From a bacterium (GTDB lineage: Bacteria; Zhuqueibacterota; QNDG01), in the NCBI GenBank assembly GCA_021158245.1, contig JAGGVB010000176.1, positions 8,105 through 72,104 on the forward strand: a stretch of 64,000 nt of DNA. Direction: 5' to 3'. The notes under the pieces were generated by a model, which saw only the letters and a program-made list of their open reading frames with translations, searched no databases and had not been told where the DNA came from. Both the position numbers and the translations under genes were made by a program. The first letter of the stretch is position 1; every line of letters begins with the position of its first letter. Shown piece after piece: positions 1-10,541 of this stretch.

Positions 1-90
1 CAATGCAGAGAGACATGCCTGTAAAGGTTTGGGTTTCAGTACCGGTGAATTTTACTCTCAGATAATTGCTGAGAAGAACTGTTTTTTTTA

Positions 91-118
91 AAGGCGGTGA
101 TATTATCACTGCCTTTTT
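91..118 (+). terminator. Putative rho-independent terminator upstream of obg; hairpin followed by a T-run.
   Basis: A 9-bp imperfect stem with one G.T wobble (aaggcggtgata / tatcactgcctt) is followed by ttttt at 114-118. It sits only about 18 nt before the obg start, so it could end an upstream gene or act as a leader attenuator. Confidence 0.4.
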
Positions 119-136
119 TATATTTTTGCAGGGATT

Positions 137-1126
137 ATGGATTTTATTGATGAAATTATTTTAAAAGTCCGCGGAGGCAGAGGCGGTGACGGCTGTGTAA
201 GTTTCAGAAGGGAGAAGTATGTTGCCAAAGGAGGCCCTGACGGAGGAGACGGCGGCCACGGCGGTAATGTTGTATTAAAGGTTGACAGAAACATATCCAC
301 GCTGTTTGATCTTAAACACAGGAAGTTATACAAAGCGGGTAACGGTGTTCAAGGCAGGGGACAAAAGATGCATGGAAAGAGGGGAAAGGAAGTTGTTATT
401 CCTGTCCCTCCGGGTACTATTGTATTTGACCATGAATCAAATGATTTTATAGCGGATTTAAAAGAACCTAAGGCTGAGTTTATTATTGCGCAGGGCGGGA
501 GAGGGGGTTGGGGAAACAGCCACTTTGCAACTCCTTCAAGACAGACACCTGATTTTGCTAAACAAGGTAACCCCGGTGAAGAAAAAGTTATCCGTATGGA
601 ACTTAAACTTCTTGCGGATGCAGGACTTGTGGGCCTGCCTAATGTTGGGAAATCAACTTTTTTGTCAAAAGTGTCTGCTGCAAGGCCGAAAATTGCAAAT
701 TATCCTTTTACAACATTGGTTCCTAACCTCGGTATTGTAAAATATTATGATTATAAATCGTTTGTAATAGCAGATATTCCTGGCCTGATAAGAGGTGCTC
801 ATGAAGGTAAGGGACTTGGTGTAAGATTTTTAAGACACATTGAGAGAACAAGAATCCTTATTGTAATGATTAGCGCTGACAGTGATGATCCTGAAAAAGA
901 GTATGAAATACTGGTAAATGAATTAAATGAATTCGGACACGGACTTGGTGACAAACCGAGGATACCTGTAATAACAAAGATGGATCTTTTTAATACTGAA
1001 AATTTTAATGAGCTCCCTGATACTCTTGACGGAAAGAGGCCGCTTTTAATTTCATCAGCAACAGGCGAGGGTGTGTCAGATTTGATAAGAAAAATAGGAG
1101 AAGAGGTTTTTAAAGAGCGCTCATGA
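137..1126 (+). CDS. obg: GTPase Obg/CgtA.
   Basis: Gly-rich Obg fold N-terminus (GGRGGDGCVSFRREKYVAKGGPDGGDGGHGGNVVL), G1 motif GLPNVGKST and DIPGLI switch. Length 329 aa. Confidence 0.95.
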   Translation: MDFIDEIILKVRGGRGGDGCVSFRREKYVAKGGPDGGDGGHGGNVVLKVDRNISTLFDLKHRKLYKAGNGVQGRGQKMHGKRGKEVVIPVPPGTIVFDHESNDFIADLKEPKAEFIIAQGGRGGWGNSHFATPSRQTPDFAKQGNPGEEKVIRMELKLLADAGLVGLPNVGKSTFLSKVSAARPKIANYPFTTLVPNLGIVKYYDYKSFVIADIPGLIRGAHEGKGLGVRFLRHIERTRILIVMISADSDDPEKEYEILVNELNEFGHGLGDKPRIPVITKMDLFNTENFNELPDTLDGKRPLLISSATGEGVSDLIRKIGEEVFKERS

Positions 1127-2211
1127 CTGATATTATAGACATATTATCGCTATATTCGATTCCAGGGCTTGGGAGTGTATCAATTAAAAAAATATTCGAA
1201 AAGTTTAATAAGAGTGATGACCTGTTCCTTTCAAAAAAAGATGAACTTCTGCACCTTATCGGCGGGCAGGATATAAGTTTCTCGAAGGAGGATTTGAACA
1301 AGAGTGTAGAATATGCAAAAAGGCAGTTGGATATAGCTGAGAAGAATGGAGTTTCTGTAATCTCATTTATGGATAAGGGATATCCAAAACTTTTAAAGGA
1401 AATTTATGATGCCCCTGCACTCCTTTTTTTTAAAGGTGATCTTTCTTTTTGTGACGAAAGAACAATTGCAATTGTAGGTAACAGACTGGCTTCCGATTAC
1501 GGAATAAAGACTGCAGATTACTTTTCAAAAGTCCTTGTTGAGAATAGTGTGACTGTTGTAAGCGGTATGGCGAGGGGAATTGACTCTGCCGCTCATAAAG
1601 GCGTACTTGATGCAGGAGGGCATACTATTGCAGTGATTGGCTGCGGGCTTGATATTACATATCCGCCTGAGAACGGAAAATTGAAAAAGGAAATCGAAGA
1701 GAAGGGCTTAATAGTTTCCGAATATCCAATGGGTACAGAGCCGCTTGCCCACAATTTTCCGAGAAGAAACAGAATAATAAGCGGGCTTTCCTATGGTACT
1801 GTTGTTGTGGAAGGAGGGTTGAAAAGCGGAGCGCTTATAACGGCACAGATGTGCCTTGACCAGGGCAGGGAGGTTTTTGCAGTACCCGGCTCAATTTATA
1901 ATAAAAGATCGCAGGGCAGCCACCATTTGATCCGTCAGGGAGCTGTTCTAGTGGAGAATGTACACCAGATATTAGAAGAAATACCGGGATGGGATGAGAC
2001 AAAGGTAGTGTATAATGAAGAAGAAAGACGTGAGATGCTGACAGGAGAAGAAAAAATTGTATGGGATTCTATGAGTTATGAGCCAGTTCATATTGATACA
2101 CTTGTTTCCTCTGCCGGTAAAAGCACTTCATATCTTCTTGCACTTCTCCTTTCCATGGAATTAAAAGGATTGGTTAAACAACTTTCGGGAATGATGTTTA
2201 TTAAGGTATAA
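1123..2211 (+). CDS. dprA: DNA processing protein DprA (Smf), natural transformation / RecA loading.
   Basis: DprA Rossmann core (VVSGMARGIDSAAHKGVLDAGGHTIAVIGCGLDITYPPEN). 4-nt ATGA overlap with obg. 362 aa. Confidence 0.9.
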   Translation: MTDIIDILSLYSIPGLGSVSIKKIFEKFNKSDDLFLSKKDELLHLIGGQDISFSKEDLNKSVEYAKRQLDIAEKNGVSVISFMDKGYPKLLKEIYDAPALLFFKGDLSFCDERTIAIVGNRLASDYGIKTADYFSKVLVENSVTVVSGMARGIDSAAHKGVLDAGGHTIAVIGCGLDITYPPENGKLKKEIEEKGLIVSEYPMGTEPLAHNFPRRNRIISGLSYGTVVVEGGLKSGALITAQMCLDQGREVFAVPGSIYNKRSQGSHHLIRQGAVLVENVHQILEEIPGWDETKVVYNEEERREMLTGEEKIVWDSMSYEPVHIDTLVSSAGKSTSYLLALLLSMELKGLVKQLSGMMFIKV

Positions 2212-2214
2212 GAT

Positions 2215-3333
2215 ATGACTGATGTAGCAATTATAAAATGCTCCTCATACGAGGAATCTCTGGTTTTCAAAAAAGTACATGAAGCTTTGGAACTTGCAGG
2301 CGGTATTAATAAATATGTTAAAAAGGGTGACAAGGTACTTTTAAAGCCGAATATGCTTTCTGCAAAGGAACCGGAAAGAGGAATTACAACTCATCCCAAA
2401 TTTGTGGAAGCTGTTGTGCGCGAAGTTCAGTCAGCAGGGGCTGAAGCATGGATAGGTGACAGTCCTGCAGGTGCAATAAAGGGAGTTAAAAGGTACTGGC
2501 AGAATACAGGCTTTCTTGATGTTGCAGAAAAAACAGGGGCTGTTTTAATAAATTTTGAAGCAGGCGGGACTATTGAGAAAGAGGCTGAAGGTATTAAATT
2601 CCATCTTGCAAAGTCAGTTGTAGAAGCAGATGTTATAATTAATTTACCCAAATTTAAAACCCACGGTCTTACTCTTTACACCGGAGCAGTTAAGAATCTT
2701 TTCGGGACTCTGCCAGGATTCCAGAAGACAAACATGCACCGTGAATTTCCTCATCCCGGTTCATTCAGCAGAATGCTTGCACTGTTGTATGGTATTGTAA
2801 ATGCGGATATTCACATTATGGACGGTGTCCTCGGTATGGAGGGCAACGGGCCGTCAACAGGAGATGCAAGAAAAGCAGGGCTCATTTTTGCCAGCAGTGA
2901 TGGTGTGGCTCTTGATACAATTGCAAGCAGAGTTATGGGTTTTAAACCCGGTGAAGTGGAGATGCTTAATTTTGCGGGAGATATGGGATTTGGAGAGAAC
3001 AGAATAGAAAAAATATCCGTACTCGGCCAATCAATCCAAAGTGCTGCTTTTGATGACTATTCTCTGCCTTCCAACAGGCTGATACGAATGATCCCTGAGT
3101 TTATGATGAAATTTGCAGGGAAATTTGTATGGATAAGGCCTGCTGCAGATCATGAAAAATGTGTCGGATGCAGCGAGTGTGAAAGAAACTGTCCTGTTGA
3201 TGCAATAAAAATGGTTGATGGTTATCCTGAATTTGATTATGATATTTGTATAAGATGTTTGTGCTGCAATGAATCATGCCCTGAAGGGGCAATTTATCAG
3301 CAGATGAGCACTCTTGCAAAACTTTTAAGATAG
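2215..3333 (+). CDS. DUF362-family protein with C-terminal 2x[4Fe-4S] ferredoxin domain.
   Basis: DUF362-like core (GDKVLLKPN...KTHGLT) and two CxxCxxCxxxCP clusters (CVGCSECERNCP; CIRCLCCNESCP). Confidence 0.8.
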   Translation: MTDVAIIKCSSYEESLVFKKVHEALELAGGINKYVKKGDKVLLKPNMLSAKEPERGITTHPKFVEAVVREVQSAGAEAWIGDSPAGAIKGVKRYWQNTGFLDVAEKTGAVLINFEAGGTIEKEAEGIKFHLAKSVVEADVIINLPKFKTHGLTLYTGAVKNLFGTLPGFQKTNMHREFPHPGSFSRMLALLYGIVNADIHIMDGVLGMEGNGPSTGDARKAGLIFASSDGVALDTIASRVMGFKPGEVEMLNFAGDMGFGENRIEKISVLGQSIQSAAFDDYSLPSNRLIRMIPEFMMKFAGKFVWIRPAADHEKCVGCSECERNCPVDAIKMVDGYPEFDYDICIRCLCCNESCPEGAIYQQMSTLAKLLR

Positions 3334-3360
3334 TTTTATTTCCAGGAGGAAGATGTTATC

Positions 3361-5421
3361 ATGAATGAGAACGGTGAGAAAAAGAATTCCAATTTTATCC
3401 GTGTAATTATTGATGAAGATTTGAGAACCGGCAAATTTGACGGACGCGTACATACACGTTTCCCGCCTGAACCGAACGGATATCTGCATATCGGGCATGC
3501 AAAATCCATATGCCTGAATTTTGGAATAGCCCGTGATTATAATGGTTTATGCAATTTAAGGTTTGATGATACAAATCCTGCAAAAGAAGAGGATGAGTAT
3601 GTTGAATCCATAAAAGAAGATGTGAAATGGCTCGGCTTTGACTGGGATGACAGGCTCTATTTTGCATCTGCTTATTTTGATAAAATGTATGAATATGCAG
3701 AAGATCTGATAAAAAAAGGAAAGGCATATGTGTGTGATCTTTCCTCAGACGAAATTCGGAAATACAGAGGTACTTTAACAGAACCAGGGAAAAACAGCCC
3801 GTACAGAGATCGTTCGATTGAGGAAAACCTTGAACTTTTTCATAAAATGCGTGATGGTGAATTTAAAGACGGCCAGTGTGTTTTACGGGCAAAAATAGAT
3901 ATGGCCTCTCCAAATCTTAATATGAGAGATCCTATCATATACCGTATTCTTCATGCAGACCATCACAAAACAGGAGATAAGTGGTGCATATATCCTATGT
4001 ATGATTTTGCTCACGGCCTTGAAGATTCAATAGAAAATATAACCCATTCCCTGTGCACGCTTGAGTTTGAAGACCACAGGCCCCTTTACGATTGGTTTCT
4101 TGAGGAACTTCAGGTTTATCGCCCCCAGCAGATTGAGTTTGCGCCACTGAATTTGAGTTATACTGTAATGAGCAAGCGTAAACTTCTGCAATTGGTAAAA
4201 GAGGGAATAGTTTCCGGCTGGGATGATCCGAGAATGCCAACTATTTCCGGCCTGAGGCGCAGAGGCTATACACCCGGTTCCATACGTGAATTTTGCGACA
4301 GGATCGGTGTAGCGAAACGGGAAAGCGTTGTTGATGTTGCGCTTCTTGAACACTGTATAAGGGAAGACCTGAACAAAAGTGCTCCAAGATTTATGGCGGT
4401 GCTTGATCCTGTAAAAGTTGTAATTGAGAATTATCCCGAAGATAAAATTGAAATGCTCCGTGCAATAAATAATCCCGAAGATCCCGATAGCGGATCAAGA
4501 GAGATTCCATTTTCAAAAGAAATCTACATAGAGAGAGATGATTTCAGAGAGGATCCTCCTAAAAAATACCACAGGCTGTCACAGGGAAGAGAAGTAAGAT
4601 TGAGATATGGTTATTATATAACCTGTAAGGATTTTATCAAAGATGAAAAAAGCGGAGAGATTCTTGAAATAAGGTGTACTTTTGATCCTGCTACCCGGGG
4701 AGGTGATTCGCCTGACGGCAGAAAAGTAAAAGGCACCATACACTGGGTCTCTGCAAAACATGCAATTGATGCTGAAGTACGGCTATATGACAGGCTGTTT
4801 TCAATTCCGAATCCTCTGGGAGATAAGGATGTTGATTTTAAGGAGTATTTAAATGCTGATTCTCTTGTTGTCCTGAAAGGATGTAAATTAGAGCCTGGCC
4901 TTGCAACTGCAAATAAAGGGCAAAGAATGCAGTTTGAGAGAAAAGGATATTTCTGTGTTGACCCTGATTCGTCAAATTCAAGATTGGTTTTTAACAGGAC
5001 TGTTCCTCTGCGGGACTCATGGGCAAAAATTGAAAAAGCACAAAAGATAGACAGAAAAAAATCCGGAGAGGCCCCGAAGAAAGGCAGTGGAGAGTTTATC
5101 TCCTTTAAAGATTTTTCCAAAGTGGATTTAAGAGTTGGAATAGTAAGGGATGCATCCCTGGTTCCGGGAGCTGATAAACTAATAAAACTTATGATTGATC
5201 TTGGTGAAGGAAAAGACAGGCAGGTTTTTTCCGGTATTAAAAAGGCATATCCTGAACCGGAAAAGCTTATTGGCAAGCGTGTTGTAGTAGTTGCCAATCT
5301 TGCACCAAGAAAAATGTCATTTGGAGTGTCTGAAGCAATGGTCTTAAGCGGCGGGGAAGAAGACAGCCTTTCAATTGTTACATTTGAAGGCAGCCCTGAG
5401 CCTGGGAGCATAGTATCATAG
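3361..5421 (+). CDS. glnS: Glutaminyl-tRNA synthetase with an appended C-terminal tRNA-binding (tRNA_bind/Trbp111/EMAP-like) domain.
   Basis: Class I HIGH motif [14 protein letters not shown] in a GlnRS-type context (RFPPEPNG) and KMSKS-equivalent VMSKRK. The last ~110 aa, [75 protein letters not shown], match the OB-fold tRNA_bind domain seen at the MetRS C-terminus. 686 aa versus ~550 for canonical GlnRS. Confidence 0.9.
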   Translation: MNENGEKKNSNFIRVIIDEDLRTGKFDGRVHTRFPPEPNGYLHIGHAKSICLNFGIARDYNGLCNLRFDDTNPAKEEDEYVESIKEDVKWLGFDWDDRLYFASAYFDKMYEYAEDLIKKGKAYVCDLSSDEIRKYRGTLTEPGKNSPYRDRSIEENLELFHKMRDGEFKDGQCVLRAKIDMASPNLNMRDPIIYRILHADHHKTGDKWCIYPMYDFAHGLEDSIENITHSLCTLEFEDHRPLYDWFLEELQVYRPQQIEFAPLNLSYTVMSKRKLLQLVKEGIVSGWDDPRMPTISGLRRRGYTPGSIREFCDRIGVAKRESVVDVALLEHCIREDLNKSAPRFMAVLDPVKVVIENYPEDKIEMLRAINNPEDPDSGSREIPFSKEIYIERDDFREDPPKKYHRLSQGREVRLRYGYYITCKDFIKDEKSGEILEIRCTFDPATRGGDSPDGRKVKGTIHWVSAKHAIDAEVRLYDRLFSIPNPLGDKDVDFKEYLNADSLVVLKGCKLEPGLATANKGQRMQFERKGYFCVDPDSSNSRLVFNRTVPLRDSWAKIEKAQKIDRKKSGEAPKKGSGEFISFKDFSKVDLRVGIVRDASLVPGADKLIKLMIDLGEGKDRQVFSGIKKAYPEPEKLIGKRVVVVANLAPRKMSFGVSEAMVLSGGEEDSLSIVTFEGSPEPGSIVS

Positions 5422-5581
5422 AGTGAAGTTGGCAAGAGTGCAATCTGTAGATATTATTCTGATGCTGCAGGATATTATTGCTTTTACGCCTAAATATGCT
5501 TGTATAAAGGAATAATAATTAATTATTAACCGGAAGAATAGGTTATGAAAAAAGAATAAAAGCAAGTACAAGCTGTTTCTT

Positions 5582-5809
5582 GTGTTGCCGGGGATAGATG
5601 CCGGAGTGTCTGCTTTGCTTGCTAAATTTTCAAATGGATGGAAAATAAAGAAAAATAGTGGCAAAAAATATTATTTTAAGAAAATTCCTTATCAGGGAAT
5701 TGTGGGCTTAATAGAGACTGAAAAAGGTTTTATTGGTGCTGCAGGCATGAAAAAGGAAAAAGAGATAATTAAAGCATTAAAAAAATTAATAATAAGTGAA
5801 AAAAAATAA
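5582..5809 (+). CDS. Hypothetical small Lys-rich protein (GTG start); could be spurious.
   Basis: 75-codon ORF in a 480-nt intergenic region between glnS and gdhA. Lys-rich with no hydrophobic segment. No recognisable family. Confidence 0.25.
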   Translation: MLPGIDAGVSALLAKFSNGWKIKKNSGKKYYFKKIPYQGIVGLIETEKGFIGAAGMKKEKEIIKALKKLIISEKK

Positions 5810-5894
5810 ACAAATAAGAGAATTTACTTGATTTTTTAATTTACTGTGATAAATTGAGTCTGTCGAAACCGTTCTGCTAATTTTATAAATGTAG

Positions 5895-7271
<1,377 letters not shown>

Positions 7272-7298
7272 GCTGGTAATTTTTAAATCAGTTCTTAA

Positions 7299-7331
7299 AC
7301 GGGATACAGTTTTTGATGTGTCCCGTTTTTT
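7299..7331 (+). terminator. Rho-independent terminator after gdhA.
   Basis: 9-bp stem acgggatac/gtgtcccgt (one G.U wobble) with a 10-nt loop, followed by ttttt. Confidence 0.6.
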
Positions 7332-7421
7332 ATTTACGCTATTTTAAAAACTTGCTAATAGAATGACAAATCATTATTTTAGACTTGTGAATTAAATATA
7401 TTCTTAATAAAGGGCTTATGA

Positions 7422-10400
7422 ATGGATGTGATTTACAAATCAAAAACAGAGAGAGACTGGATTGAAAAAGGCTATAAATCCCGTTTTGATGATTTTCAGA
7501 ATCTGATGAGGTTCAGAATAAGGGATATTTTGATAGTGTCCAGTCTTTACGATTTTTATGTTTTTGAAGAAGAGGGAAGGCTCTATGAATTATTGAGAAG
7601 CGAATATCAGGGCCTTAATTTAAGCCATACACCTGAGCTTACAAGAGTATCAAATGCAGTTGATGCCATAGAACATCTGCGTCATGAGCACAGATATGAT
7701 TTTGTTATTGTAACATTACATATAGAAGATTTAAGCCCTGTAGAATTTGCAAAGCTTGTTAAAAAAGAGAATATTGATATTCCGATAGTGCTTCTGGCAT
7801 CGGAAAACAGGGAACTATCTGATATTATTAATAGAAAAGAAGATAAATTATTTGATGAAGTATTTGTCTGGCTTGGGAATTACCGGCTTCTACTGGCAAT
7901 AATAAAAAGCATAGAAGATAAATATAATGTAAAGCATGATACCCGTATTATGGGAGTACAATCCATAATTTTTATTGAAGACAATATACGCTACTATTCT
8001 GCATTTCTGCCGTCTATTTATCTTGAGGTGATGAAACAGTCCCAGAGGCTAATCAAAGAGGGATTAAACCTTTCTCATAAAAACCTTCGCCAGAGGGCAA
8101 GGCCTAAAATTCTTCTATGTACAAATTACGAGGATGCCGATTCCTATTATCAAATGTATAAGGAAACCGTACTCGGTGTTATTTCAGATATTGATTTTCC
8201 TATGGATGGAGCCCGCAATCCTGAAGCAGGCCTGTTATTTGCAGGCAAAGTAAAGAGTGAGACGCCTGATATTCCGATTTTGCTGCATTCGTCAAGAGGG
8301 AAGAATTCATCGAAAGCAAGGGAGTGCGGCTGTGATTTCCTTTTAAAAGATTCGCCTTCTCTGTTAAAAGATCTGGGAAAATTTATGGAAGAGAAACTGG
8401 GCTTTGGAGATTTCAATTTTCAAATGCCTGACGGCACAGTAATCGGAAGAGCTCATGATATCATATCCCTTGAAAAAGAATTAAAGAATATTCCTTCTGA
8501 GAGTTTTGCTTTTCATGCAGAAAGGAATCATTTCTCAAACTGGCTGAAGGCGAGAACTGAATTCTGGCTGGCACATAAACTCAGGCCGAGAAGAATAGCA
8601 GAATTTCCGTCAATTGATGCAACGAGAAAACACCTTATACGTACATTGCGGGAGTACAGAAGACTTCGGCGCAGGGGGATTATTACTGAATTTAATCCTG
8701 AGAATTTTGATACTGAAACCAGCATTTCCCGAATAGGTGGAGGCTCTCTCGGCGGTAAAGCAAGGGGGCTGAGTTTTATTAACAGATTGATGAATAATTA
8801 TAATATTATAAGAAAATTTAAAGATGTAAAAATATTCATCCCTCCGGCAGTTGTACTTACAACAGATGTATTTGATGAATTTATAGAAAAAAATAATTTG
8901 AAGAATTTTGCATTAAAGACAAAAAATGATCAGAAAATATTAAACAAATTTCTGCAGGTCGAATATTTTCCTGAAGATGTTCTTCAATCATTAAAATCAT
9001 TTTTAAAACTTATTAAAAAACCTCTTGCTGTAAGATCTTCAAGTCTGCTTGAAGATTCTCATAATTATCCTTTTGCAGGTGTATATGAGACATATATGCT
9101 TCCGAATTCCAATATGGATCTGCGAGTACGTCTAAAAGAACTGGTAAATACCGTAAAGCGGGTTTATGCCTCAACATTTTTCCGCGGGCCCAGAGATTAT
9201 TTAAAAGCTACTTCTTTCCGTCTTGAAGAAGAAAAAATGGCAATTGTGATACAGGTTTTGAGCGGCAGAGAGTACGGTGATAGATTCTATCCCACATTTT
9301 CGGGAACAGCGCAATCATATAATTTTTATGCTATGGATCCTCAAAAATCTGAAGACGGCACTGTATCTGTTTCTCTCGGACTTGGTAAGATGGTTGTGGA
9401 AGGAGGAAGAACCGTAAGATTCAGCCCAAAGCATCCGAAACATATCCTGCAGTTCTCCACTATTGACCTGGCCCTGAAAAACAATCAGAATGAATTTTTT
9501 GCCCTTGATTTGAGTCAAAGTGTCAGAGAATTTAAAGGCGAGGAAGATGAATTTATTAAAAGCTATTCCATAAAGGATGCAGAAAAAGACGGGGTGCTGC
9601 AGTTCATAGCTTCGACCTATTCTGCGGAAAACGATAGATTGTACGATGGGCTTCGTCCGGGCGGCTACCCTGTACTCACATTTTCACCTGTATTAAAAAG
9701 CGGTATATTTCCCCTCCCCGAGATAATAGAAATGTTTCTCGATCTTGGTACGTGGAGCATGGCTACTCCTGTTGAAATTGAGTTTGCTGTAAATATTCCC
9801 CTAAATCCCAAAGAGAAGAAGGAATTCAGTATCCTTCAGATAAGGCCAATGGCCTTAAACCGGGAAGATGAATTGCTGGATGTGGACAATGTGGAAAGTT
9901 CAAAGCTGATAAGCAGGTCTAATAAAGTGTTCGGAAACGGGATTGTAGAAGATGTATTTGACATTGTTGTTGTAGACAGGGATCTGTTTGACAGGTCAAA
10001 AAGCAGGGAAGTAGCTTTAGAAGTGAGTAAATTCAACAGTATGCTTATTAAAAAAGGAAGGCCGTATCTGCTTATCGGCGTAGGAAGGTGGGGCAGTATG
10101 GACCCATGGCTTGGTATACCTGTTAAATGGGACCAGATATCAGGTGCAAGGGCAATTGTTGAGTCCAGTTTTAAAGATTTTTCAGTAAGCCCCTCGCAAG
10201 GGTCACATTTTTTTGAGAATCTAATTTCATTTGCAGTCAGCTATTTTACAATACAGGATAATGATCCGGAAAGTTTTCTTGACTGGGATTGGATAAAATC
10301 AAACAAGTCCGGCAGCGGGATGAAATATACAAAGCTTATTACTTTTAAAAAACCAATAATATTAAAAATGAACGGACATGAGAAGAGAGGCATAATTTAC

Positions 10401-10430
10401 AAGCCGGGTTTTTATAAGAAGGAAGATTAG
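7422..10430 (+). CDS. Large receiver-like (REC) N-terminal region fused to a PEP-utilizing-enzyme N-terminal nucleotide-binding (PPDK_N/ATP-grasp) domain; function unknown.
   Basis: Residues ~430-1000 carry SISRIGGGSLGGKARGLSFINRLM and AVRSSSLLEDSHNYPFAGVYETYM, typical of the pyruvate-phosphate-dikinase/PEP-synthase N-terminal domain. The N-terminal ~350 aa have two CheY-like beta-alpha segments (IIFIEDN...LGVISDIDFPMDG). I saw no phosphohistidine or PEP-utilizer C-terminal domains. Confidence 0.8.
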   Translation: MDVIYKSKTERDWIEKGYKSRFDDFQNLMRFRIRDILIVSSLYDFYVFEEEGRLYELLRSEYQGLNLSHTPELTRVSNAVDAIEHLRHEHRYDFVIVTLHIEDLSPVEFAKLVKKENIDIPIVLLASENRELSDIINRKEDKLFDEVFVWLGNYRLLLAIIKSIEDKYNVKHDTRIMGVQSIIFIEDNIRYYSAFLPSIYLEVMKQSQRLIKEGLNLSHKNLRQRARPKILLCTNYEDADSYYQMYKETVLGVISDIDFPMDGARNPEAGLLFAGKVKSETPDIPILLHSSRGKNSSKARECGCDFLLKDSPSLLKDLGKFMEEKLGFGDFNFQMPDGTVIGRAHDIISLEKELKNIPSESFAFHAERNHFSNWLKARTEFWLAHKLRPRRIAEFPSIDATRKHLIRTLREYRRLRRRGIITEFNPENFDTETSISRIGGGSLGGKARGLSFINRLMNNYNIIRKFKDVKIFIPPAVVLTTDVFDEFIEKNNLKNFALKTKNDQKILNKFLQVEYFPEDVLQSLKSFLKLIKKPLAVRSSSLLEDSHNYPFAGVYETYMLPNSNMDLRVRLKELVNTVKRVYASTFFRGPRDYLKATSFRLEEEKMAIVIQVLSGREYGDRFYPTFSGTAQSYNFYAMDPQKSEDGTVSVSLGLGKMVVEGGRTVRFSPKHPKHILQFSTIDLALKNNQNEFFALDLSQSVREFKGEEDEFIKSYSIKDAEKDGVLQFIASTYSAENDRLYDGLRPGGYPVLTFSPVLKSGIFPLPEIIEMFLDLGTWSMATPVEIEFAVNIPLNPKEKKEFSILQIRPMALNREDELLDVDNVESSKLISRSNKVFGNGIVEDVFDIVVVDRDLFDRSKSREVALEVSKFNSMLIKKGRPYLLIGVGRWGSMDPWLGIPVKWDQISGARAIVESSFKDFSVSPSQGSHFFENLISFAVSYFTIQDNDPESFLDWDWIKSNKSGSGMKYTKLITFKKPIILKMNGHEKRGIIYKPGFYKKED

Positions 10431-10449
10431 AACCGTATGTTCCCCGCTT

Positions 10450-10473
10450 GTTCCCAAACTCCTGTTTGGGAAC
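10450..10473. terminator. Perfect 10-bp inverted repeat (gttcccaaac-tcct-gtttgggaac) between convergent genes; possible bidirectional terminator or protein-binding palindrome.
   Basis: Seen directly in the sequence. No flanking T-run on either strand, so not a canonical intrinsic terminator. Confidence 0.35.
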
Positions 10474-10541
10474 AAAAGTTGTCACTTATTTGTCTTTACC
10501 GTCCCGATGAAATCGGGAGGTAATAAATAGAAGGTTTTTTA

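Noticed and set aside
486-740. 84-aa ORF overlapping obg in another frame, and similar short ORFs inside large genes.
   Set aside because: These are embedded within well-supported CDSs on the same or opposite strand, with no motifs.
4614-5435. 273-aa ORF antisense to the 3' half of glnS.
   Set aside because: Ser/Pro/Leu-rich with no recognisable motifs, fully embedded opposite a confidently assigned gene. This is a typical antisense artefact. The same reasoning applies to the antisense ORFs at 38685-39155, 45392-45967, 12817-13143, 23539-23871 and 24162-24671.
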